IMG/VR virus record: IMGVR_UViG_3300009506_000003
Location: 68,594-132,593 of that record
DNA length: 64,000 nt
From: a virus
Direction: 5' to 3' (one strand)
Each line of letters starts with the position of its first letter. The stretch's first letter is position 1. The translations under genes were made by a program, and so were the position numbers. The notes beneath the pieces were generated by a model. That model made no database searches and was not told the DNA's origin. It saw only the letters and a program-made list of their open reading frames with translations. This document shows, one piece after another, positions 57,776 through 63,940 of the stretch.

Positions 57776-57849
57776 TGGGGTGACCGCGGAGAATCGAACT
57801 CCGACCATCGGGGCCACAACCCGACGCTCTACCATTGAGCTACGGCCAC
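57776..57849 (-). tRNA. tRNA-His(GTG)
   Basis: TCGGG-TT-GTG-GC-CCCGA; C73; CCA. Confidence 0.93.
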
Positions 57850-57956
57850 AAGGGGACCTCGAGCTGCCTCGGGAGCCCCTTCTGGTCGCAGACGTCAATG
57901 TCGTAGAGCTTGCGCTCATCGCAGTATCTCCAAGTTGTGGACAGAGAGATCCGCGC

Positions 57957-58007
57957 TCAGGCTTGAGCCGGATATTGATGACAGTGCTGGTAGAAGCGAC
58001 TGACCAT
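57957..58007 (-). CDS. Leader peptide MVSRFYQHCHQYPAQA of the His/Cys/Gln/Tyr tRNA cassette
   Basis: ATG 6 nt after -10 TACACT; codons TAC CAG CAC TGT CAT CAA TAT. Confidence 0.75.
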   Translation of the reverse strand: MVSRFYQHCHQYPAQA

Positions 58008-58013
58008 GAGACG

Positions 58014-58043
58014 AGTGTACGACAGGCAGGCAGGACCTGACAA
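58014..58043 (-). promoter_or_regulatory. sigma70-type promoter of the His/Cys/Gln/Tyr cassette
   Basis: TTGTCA-N18-TACACT. Confidence 0.7.
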
Positions 58044-58412
58044 CTAGATTTTCTCTATCGTGTCACCCTTGTCGCTGCAGAGGTACACCGGGAGCTGTGT
58101 GCGCCCGACCTTCCTCTCACCGTTCTGGGTGAACCAAATCAACCTGAAGATGGGGCAGTCCTGCTCATCATCGTGGACAACCACACACGGCCGCGCGGGA
58201 CCATCGAAGAGCATGTGCCTCGTGAGCCGGCCATCATTGCTGATGTCGCTCTCATCGACCTCGAAGTGGTCTCCGTCCCCGTATTCCACCTCGCTCACTT
58301 CACCAAAGACAATCCAGTGAGCTCCTGCGGGGATGGTTCTGTCATATTGGGGGTCGGGGCGCTCCGGGTTTGGAACGCGCCTGTACGCCTGCTTCTGGAA
58401 CTTCAGAATCAT
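58044..58412 (-). CDS. Hypothetical protein inside the tRNA cluster
   Basis: 122-aa ORF; purine-rich RBS region. Confidence 0.6.
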   Translation of the reverse strand: MILKFQKQAYRRVPNPERPDPQYDRTIPAGAHWIVFGEVSEVEYGDGDHFEVDESDISNDGRLTRHMLFDGPARPCVVVHDDEQDCPIFRLIWFTQNGERKVGRTQLPVYLCSDKGDTIEKI

Positions 58413-58483
58413 TTCCTACCTACCTTCCTGTCTGTCCTGCCTGCCTGTCCTCGTCGTAGCACAGGTCACGGACAGAAGGAAAG

Positions 58484-58575
58484 TGGCGGAAGGTGGAGGA
58501 ATCGAACCCCTACGCTTTTGACGCACCATGCTGGTTTTCAAGACCAGTGGCTGGACCATCCCGCCGGCACCTTCC
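58484..58575 (-). tRNA. tRNA-Ser(TGA), probably 8/4 fold
   Basis: CTGGT-CT-TGA-AA-ACCAG; acceptor GGAAGGTG/CACCTTCC; G73; long variable arm. Confidence 0.88.
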
Positions 58576-58577
58576 GT

Positions 58578-58652
58578 TGGTCGGGGTGGGCGGCTTCGAA
58601 CCGCCGACCTCTTGTCCCCCAGACAAGCGCGCTACCCCTGCGCTACACCCCG
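58578..58652 (-). tRNA. tRNA-Pro(GGG)
   Basis: CTTGT-CT-GGG-GG-ACAAG; CCA. Confidence 0.92.
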
Positions 58653-58880
58653 GACCTTGTCAAAGAGGTAGCCCAAACTGCGGCTCCCCTGCTCTTCCTC
58701 TGACATCGAGAAGCCGTAGAACGTGTCGAGGCCCGTGTGCTCCACACCGTCGTCATCGACGATGGACACTCCATTGCCGAGACCGGCCTTCTCGAAAGCC
58801 TTCTGAGCTGACTCCTTGTCTTTGAAGCGCAGCTCATCCGTGCAACATCCACAATCCAACTTCACGTACACCGTGATCAT
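58632..58880 (-). CDS. Hypothetical protein whose stop codon lies inside tRNA-Pro(GGG)
   Basis: AGGAG RBS; phage-like codon use. Confidence 0.55.
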   Translation of the reverse strand: MITVYVKLDCGCCTDELRFKDKESAQKAFEKAGLGNGVSIVDDDGVEHTGLDTFYGFSMSEEEQGSRSLGYLFDKVRGVAQG

Positions 58881-58899
58881 GACGATCTCCTGTTTCGAG

Positions 58900-58975
58900 T
58901 GGTCGGGCTGGCCAGGCTCGAACTGGCGACCTCCTGTCCCCGAGGCAGGCGCGCTACCATCTGCGCTACAGCCCG
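58900..58975 (-). tRNA. tRNA-Pro(CGG)
   Basis: CT-CGG-GG loop; CCA. Confidence 0.9.
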
Positions 58976-58976
58976 A

Positions 58977-59051
58977 TGGTCGGGGTGGTCAGGATCGAAC
59001 TGACGACATCCGGCTCCCAAAACCGGCGCGCTCCCGCTGCGCTACACCCCG
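58977..59051 (-). tRNA. tRNA-Pro(TGG)
   Basis: CCGGT-TT-TGG-GA-GCCGG; CCA. Confidence 0.92.
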
Positions 59052-59067
59052 ACAGTGCGAGAAAAGT

Positions 59068-59157
59068 TGGCGGAGCAGACAGGATTCGAACCTGCGGACG
59101 CCTCACGACGCCTACGGGTTAGCAACCCGCTGCCTTCATCCGCTCGGCCACTGCTCC
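59068..59157 (-). tRNA. tRNA-Ser(GCT)
   Basis: GCGGG-TT-GCT-AA-CCCGT; long variable arm; G73; CCA. Confidence 0.93.
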
Positions 59158-59165
59158 GCTGTGAT

Positions 59166-59279
59166 TCAGCGACTCAGTGGCGAACTGGGTGACGGGGATG
59201 GTGATGGGGAGGACGAGCTCGGGCACAGCACTGCGAGGTTGCAGTTGAGTCGTGCGCGAGTTTCGTTGAGCATCAACAT
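59166..59279 (-). CDS. Leader peptide MLMLNETRARLNCNLAVLCPSSSSPSPSPSPSSPLSR of the Ser/Pro tRNA cassette
   Basis: GAGGAGG RBS; 15 consecutive Ser/Pro codons; stop 8 nt before tRNA-Ser. Confidence 0.75.
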   Translation of the reverse strand: MLMLNETRARLNCNLAVLCPSSSSPSPSPSPSSPLSR

Positions 59280-59299
59280 GATGACGTCCTCCTCAGTCG

Positions 59300-59328
59300 A
59301 ATGTACGATAGCTGTGAGTGTTCGTCAA
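59300..59328 (-). promoter_or_regulatory. sigma70-type promoter of the Ser/Pro cassette
   Basis: TTGACG-N17-TACATT. Confidence 0.75.
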
Positions 59329-59334
59329 CAACTC

Positions 59335-59547
59335 ATGGAGTGGTCAGTCACAAGAATCGAGGGAGTGGTGCGCCACCTCGTCCCGTCCCTCACCAATGTA
59401 GAGGTCAGCTTCCCCTCTCCGGGAGTGGTGCGCGTGCTGATCACAGCCGAGAACGCATGGGGCGTGCAGAGCAGGGTCCAGTCAGTACTCGACCAAGCCC
59501 TGCCCGCCTCCATTCAGCGTGTTGAGGTGTTGGTTGTCAGAGGCTAG
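59335..59547 (+). CDS. Hypothetical protein
   Basis: Short ORF filling the gap; weak RBS. Confidence 0.4.
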   Translation: MEWSVTRIEGVVRHLVPSLTNVEVSFPSPGVVRVLITAENAWGVQSRVQSVLDQALPASIQRVEVLVVRG

Positions 59548-60005
59548 TCGTCAGATGCTTCTGCCCACGCAATGGTGACCGCCCAGTGAGACAAAACTGG
59601 GTCGAACGCTTTGAACGCGGAAGGGTTGTCGATGCCCATCGTCATCTTGCCGTAGCTGAATCCGTTCTCTCCCCAGTCGGCAGTGTATTTCCCACCACGG
59701 GTGTTGAGCTCGACGCTCCCGCTTTCCGGACCACTGTTGGTCACGGTAGTGAGGCCCCACCCGCCTTCCTCGTCCTTCACCATGTCGATGTAGTAGTAGT
59801 CCCCTGGGACGAACTCCTTGCCACCAGCGTCGAAGGACGGTCCACGGAAGTTGAGGGTCATGTCCCCAGAGGGGGTGAACTTCCAGAACTGGGAGTTCTC
59901 TTTGTTGTGCTTGCTCTGCACAACGGGGCCTAGCTCGACGACAAGCGTCTTGTCCCACTTCTTGGTAACGGAAAGGCAACGGAATTTGGCACGTACCTGG
60001 CTCAT
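59544..60005 (-). CDS. Hypothetical phage protein (VRAKFRC...EN..FWKFTPSG)
   Basis: GGAGG RBS; internal duplication pattern. Confidence 0.7.
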   Translation of the reverse strand: MSQVRAKFRCLSVTKKWDKTLVVELGPVVQSKHNKENSQFWKFTPSGDMTLNFRGPSFDAGGKEFVPGDYYYIDMVKDEEGGWGLTTVTNSGPESGSVELNTRGGKYTADWGENGFSYGKMTMGIDNPSAFKAFDPVLSHWAVTIAWAEASDD

Positions 60006-60090
60006 CTCTTCCTCCAAACGGTTGAATGTGAGCCGCGCTGTTGACCTGGATCGCGACGTGCCAGTTACCTCCACCGTAGCATGGTCAAGG

Positions 60091-60690
60091 TCAGAAGTCA
60101 GCTTCTTCGAGCAGCGTGTAGGTGAAGCCATCCCCAAACAAGGATGAGGACTTCTTGGCCAGCGAGTACAAAAACTGGTGCTGGAAGGGGTCAGCCACCA
60201 CTTGGCAGCCAGCACTCCACTTGTCCACAACCGTACTGGCCTGGCTAGACCCAGCGTGGTGGAGGTTGATGCCGAACATCCCTTCCTGGATGGAATCCGG
60301 GTCGAGGTCGAGGACCTCGTCCTTGTTGTTGTCCCGGTAGACTTTCAGAGGGCTCTTCTGCACCAGAGCTGGATACCCGCTGTGGAGCCCGAGCTTGAAA
60401 GCGCCCCGGTACTGTCCTGGGACCAGGATGGCGGTACCGTTCACGTTCATCGGGTGCTCCCGGTAGTAGACACCGGGGTCCGTGGTGGCGGGGAACATGA
60501 AGCAGTTCCATCTGTCATTGAAAAGGTACATCACGCCGATCACATCGTTGAAGGTGTTGGCGCGGTTGTCCAGGGTCCGAATGCCGAAGATGTTGAGGTC
60601 GTAGCCACCCTTCGACTGGTCACCGAAGACGAGGTAGTTCTTCGAGCGCATGACGGCTTTGATGAGCTTCGCATCGCTGAGTACAAGCAT
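60091..60690 (-). CDS. Putative peptidoglycan hydrolase/endolysin (YkuD-like H...WSAGCQV)
   Basis: LNIFGIR...FND...TTDPG...GINLH...WSAGCQV...FTYTL; AGGAGG RBS. Confidence 0.6.
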   Translation of the reverse strand: MLVLSDAKLIKAVMRSKNYLVFGDQSKGGYDLNIFGIRTLDNRANTFNDVIGVMYLFNDRWNCFMFPATTDPGVYYREHPMNVNGTAILVPGQYRGAFKLGLHSGYPALVQKSPLKVYRDNNKDEVLDLDPDSIQEGMFGINLHHAGSSQASTVVDKWSAGCQVVADPFQHQFLYSLAKKSSSLFGDGFTYTLLEEADF

Positions 60691-60722
60691 GTAGGCCTCC
60701 TATCCAGAAGAGCCTACCACGA

Positions 60723-60806
60723 TGGTGCGGCGGGAGGGAGTCGAACCCTCACCCTTTCGGCCCGGATTTTAAGTCCGGTGTGTCTACCTGATTCCACCAC
60801 CGCCGC
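60723..60806 (-). tRNA. tRNA-Leu(TAA)
   Basis: CCGGA-CT-TAA-AA-TCCGG; variable arm; A73; CCA. Confidence 0.93.
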
Positions 60807-60807
60807 G

Positions 60808-60892
60808 TGGTGCGCGGGGCGGGATTCGAACCCGCATGCCGAAGCACCGAGGTTTGAGCTCGGCGTGTCTACCTTGCTTCCACCACCCGCGC
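60808..60892 (-). tRNA. tRNA-Leu(CAA)
   Basis: CCGAG-CT-CAA-AC-CTCGG; CCA. Confidence 0.93.
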
Positions 60893-60966
60893 TCGAGCTG
60901 TGCGCCCTGGAACCCTGTCACAGCTCAATGGCGCCCTCCTATGTGCCTGACGCCACCCACTTCGAT

Positions 60967-61052
60967 TGGTGCCCGAGGAGAGATTCGAACTCTCACGCCG
61001 AAGCACGGGTTTCTGAGACCCGCGTGTCTACCAAAGATTCCACCACTCGGGC
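60967..61052 (-). tRNA. tRNA-Leu(CAG)
   Basis: CGGGT-CT-CAG-AA-ACCCG; CCA. Confidence 0.93.
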
Positions 61053-61053
61053 T

Positions 61054-61139
61054 TGGTCCGCGAGGGGAGACTCGAACTCCCACGCACAAGGCGCCGGTCC
61101 CTCAGACCGGTGCGTCTACCTGGATTCCGCCACTCGCGG
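61054..61139 (-). tRNA. tRNA-Leu(GAG)
   Basis: CCGGT-CT-GAG-GG-ACCGG; CCA. Confidence 0.93.
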
Positions 61140-61159
61140 ACGGGTTTGCTTGGGAGCTG

Positions 61160-61237
61160 CTAGCGCAACAGGGATAGCAGCCCGGTGCTAAGGTGCGGGC
61201 CGCGTAACAGGGACAGGACTCTGTGGTCGCGCTGCAT
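61160..61237 (-). CDS. Leader peptide MQRDHRVLSLLRGPHLSTGLLSLLR of the Leu tRNA cassette
   Basis: ATG 6 nt after -10 TAAGGT; 8 Leu codons (CTG x4, TTA, CTT, CTA, TTG). Confidence 0.72.
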   Translation of the reverse strand: MQRDHRVLSLLRGPHLSTGLLSLLR

Positions 61238-61243
61238 GGTCAC

Positions 61244-61273
61244 ACCTTACGCGCTCCGAAGCCTCTTCGTCAA
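61244..61273 (-). promoter_or_regulatory. sigma70-type promoter of the Leu cassette
   Basis: TTGACG-N18-TAAGGT. Confidence 0.7.
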
Positions 61274-61351
61274 GTCCTCAAAAAACCATAGCCGTTTGCG
61301 TAATAAGGTCCCTGAAGCTAACTCTGTTCACTTTTCACTGGAGGATCTCAA

Positions 61352-62419
61352 ATGCAGGTAGCAGCATCCGCCGCAGGCCCTGAAAAGACGGGTCACGGCA
61401 AACGTCCTCGCATCTCTGTCAAAGAGAAGCGGAAGCAAATGGCCATCGAGCTCTTCGCCAAAGCGGTGGAAGAGGCCGAGAAGCCGGCTCAGTCAGACTT
61501 CATCGTCCCCAAAGTCGACTTTGCAATGATTGGCCCCAAAGAAGCCAAGGAGCTTCTCCAAAAGAGCCAGGGCAACAGAAAGATCCGTGAGCTTCACGTT
61601 CGCTGGCTGGAAAAAGTCATGCGTGACGGGAAATGGGTGTTCGGACCTCCCATCATCATCGATCTCAACGGAGTCCTCATTGGTGGGCACCACAGGCTCC
61701 ACGCCGTCATAAGGTCAGGGCTCTACGTTCCCATGACCGTCATGAAGGGGGCTGACCCGCAGCTCAACGAGTGGACCAACCAACACAAGGAAGCCAAACT
61801 GGGTGACGAGATTCATCGCTACGGGATGAACAACGCCAACGCGCGTGGGGCCATAGTGAGGTTGGCCGCCGAACTCACCGCCAAGAGGAGAATCCCCGTC
61901 AACTCCTTTAGCGACTATGCTGAGTGGGCTCGGGTCTTCAAGGGAGTCGACTGGGTGGTAGAGAATCTGGTGGGCAAAGACCCCTGGAGGAAATCATCCA
62001 TCACGGGAGCTTTCGCTTACGCCTACAACACTGACCCAGATGCCGTGAAGCTCTTCTGCACGAAGATGGTCACTGGGGAAGGCCTTTCAAAAACAGACCC
62101 GGTGCTGGCGTTCCGAAATTGGTTTCTTTGGTACACTGCTACCGACAAGGACAAGAAGGATGTCCGCAAGCACGCCATTGCAGGCGGTGGGGATGAGCGG
62201 AAGCGAGTCTACACGTTCAAGGTGCTGCACTGTATCCGTGCGGCTATCGAGAAGAAGAAGCCAAGAACCTTGAAGTCCTTGAGGATGGAAGTTTCTCTCG
62301 ACGATCTTGAGTACTTCAGGCAAGCCAACGAGACCAGGGCGGCCAAAAAGATGGTCAACTACTGGTCCGAGCCGAGGATGTCTTCCGAGGAATTTCTCTC
62401 GTACCTCAAAGAGGGGTAG
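61352..62419 (+). CDS. ParB-like N-terminal domain protein
   Basis: I.P..AKELL...NRKI...M..GKW...III...G.LIGGHHRLHAV; GGAGG RBS; ATAAG promoter at 61303. Confidence 0.7.
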   Translation: MQVAASAAGPEKTGHGKRPRISVKEKRKQMAIELFAKAVEEAEKPAQSDFIVPKVDFAMIGPKEAKELLQKSQGNRKIRELHVRWLEKVMRDGKWVFGPPIIIDLNGVLIGGHHRLHAVIRSGLYVPMTVMKGADPQLNEWTNQHKEAKLGDEIHRYGMNNANARGAIVRLAAELTAKRRIPVNSFSDYAEWARVFKGVDWVVENLVGKDPWRKSSITGAFAYAYNTDPDAVKLFCTKMVTGEGLSKTDPVLAFRNWFLWYTATDKDKKDVRKHAIAGGGDERKRVYTFKVLHCIRAAIEKKKPRTLKSLRMEVSLDDLEYFRQANETRAAKKMVNYWSEPRMSSEEFLSYLKEG

Positions 62420-62431
62420 AGGAGGTGCCCC

Positions 62432-63565
62432 ATGATAATGAGATTGAACCGAAATAAGAGCCTTCCGGACCACATCAGCGGGAGTGAACTCTTCACCATG
62501 ATCGAGCCCTACAAGGTCAAGGGGCCCGGAAGCAAGAGGTTCGGGCGCAAGAAGTTCACAAGGGACATCCTCAACGAGTACACCGATGAGGTCAACTTCA
62601 CCCCAAAAGCAATCGTCTACGACAAAGGAGACGGAGGAACCAAAGAGACAAGAGGACTCAACGAGAAAGAGGTCAGAAAGATTCTGCATTTTCTGCATAG
62701 GGATGGCTACATTGGCTCAGCAACCATCACTCTCCATAAGAGGTTCGGCCTTTCCAAGGATGAGAACACTGAGGTGGTTGGAGTCATAGGTCGAAGCTCT
62801 AGCAGCGCACCTCTTGAGGAAGCAGTGTCTCCTTCTACTCACTCATCTCCGCCTGCAGGGAAAAGAGAGACGTGGGGCGAAGCCAACTCTCTCCTCGTTC
62901 GAGCGGTAAAGAAGAACGTACCCCTTTCGAACCTGATCAGCTCACTCATCTCTGCAGGTCTCAGACAAGAGCCGTTACCGGCGGAAACTGTTCTGAGGCA
63001 AATGGAGCGCCTACGTGATTCTGGAGAGATCAACAAAGAGAGCCTCATCCAGTACAAGCGCAACAACGGAATAGCCGCCAGAGGAGGATACAAAAGGCAA
63101 AGAGCAGAGCCAGAGAGGGTGACCGAAGCCAAGTCTTCTTTGAAATCCCCATGGGGGAAGCATCAAAGCACCCTGCTGTCCAAGCTCATCAATGAGGTAG
63201 ACCCTCTACCTGGTGAGACAGGAGCTACCTATTTTGAAAGAGTGGCCGGGCAATTCAACGAGTCAGGATTGCGTGTGGTCACGGGCCCATCGTGCAGGAA
63301 GCAAGCTCCAAAACTCATTGGCAAGGGAATCACGAGTGAGCGATACTCTCTTGTCAATCGAAGTAGAGAGGAGAAGCTCCCCGCTGGGAGCCCCACTCCT
63401 ATCGAGAACGAGATCCAACGAAGAAAGGAAGAATCGTTGGGCATCAATCTCGAATCGGCTCTCACGGAAGAGGCAAAAGAAAAAGCCATTGAGATGTACC
63501 TCACTCCAGAAAGAAGGAGGGAGGCATACCGAGGCTATTTCAAGTCTTTGGGAGTCAACATATGA
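62432..63565 (+). CDS. Hypothetical protein
   Basis: AGGAGG RBS; 377 aa; lower GC than its surroundings. Confidence 0.6.
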   Translation: MIMRLNRNKSLPDHISGSELFTMIEPYKVKGPGSKRFGRKKFTRDILNEYTDEVNFTPKAIVYDKGDGGTKETRGLNEKEVRKILHFLHRDGYIGSATITLHKRFGLSKDENTEVVGVIGRSSSSAPLEEAVSPSTHSSPPAGKRETWGEANSLLVRAVKKNVPLSNLISSLISAGLRQEPLPAETVLRQMERLRDSGEINKESLIQYKRNNGIAARGGYKRQRAEPERVTEAKSSLKSPWGKHQSTLLSKLINEVDPLPGETGATYFERVAGQFNESGLRVVTGPSCRKQAPKLIGKGITSERYSLVNRSREEKLPAGSPTPIENEIQRRKEESLGINLESALTEEAKEKAIEMYLTPERRREAYRGYFKSLGVNI

Positions 63566-63571
63566 AAAGGA

Positions 63572-63603
63572 GAGGGGTGCCGTCTGAGCCCCTCTTTTTT
63601 AGC
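63572..63603 (+). terminator. Intrinsic terminator
   Basis: GAGGGG...CCCCTC then TTTTTTAGC. Confidence 0.65.
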
Positions 63604-63606
63604 GTG

Positions 63607-63682
63607 TGGCGGGAGTGGAGGGAGTCGAACCCTCAGCCATCGGGTTAACGGCCCGCTGCTCTACCATCTGAGCTTCACTCCC
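63607..63682 (-). tRNA. tRNA-Asn(GTT)
   Basis: CGGG-CC-GTT-AA-CCCG; G73; CCA. Confidence 0.9.
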
Positions 63683-63777
63683 GAGTGGGGTGGCGTCAGA
63701 GGTGCATTCCCCGTGACGCCGGCCTACCGTGACGAGACAAGATGCCTCTGCTCGCTCGTGAGGGCACATCCCCATAA

Positions 63778-63851
63778 TGGTGGACCAGGTTGGTGTCGAC
63801 CCAACGTCTCGAGCTCTTCAGACTCGTGCTAAACCCCTCAGCTACTGGTCC
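63778..63851 (-). tRNA. tRNA-Phe(GAA)
   Basis: CGAGT-CT-GAA-GA-GCTCG; atypical T-loop GTCGACA; CCA. Confidence 0.85.
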
Positions 63852-63858
63852 AAGTTTT

Positions 63859-63932
63859 TGGTGGAAGTGACAGGAATCGAACCTGCATCTCTCGGGTGCA
63901 AACCGAGGGCTCTCCCGTTGAGCTACACCCCC
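63859..63932 (-). tRNA. tRNA-Ala(TGC)
   Basis: CTCGG-TT-TGC-AC-CCGAG; G3-U70; CCA. Confidence 0.92.
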
Positions 63933-63940
63933 ACGCGATC

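Noticed and set aside
57506-58040. ORFs overlapping the tRNA genes
   Set aside because: They are translations of tRNA sequence without coding features
58484-58575. tRNA-Sec or opal suppressor
   Set aside because: The anticodon on the coding (minus) strand is TGA (Ser), not TCA
60945-63699. 12-bp inverted match CTGACGCCACCC between two tRNA spacers
   Set aside because: A 12-mer match is expected by chance in 64 kb of GC-rich DNA
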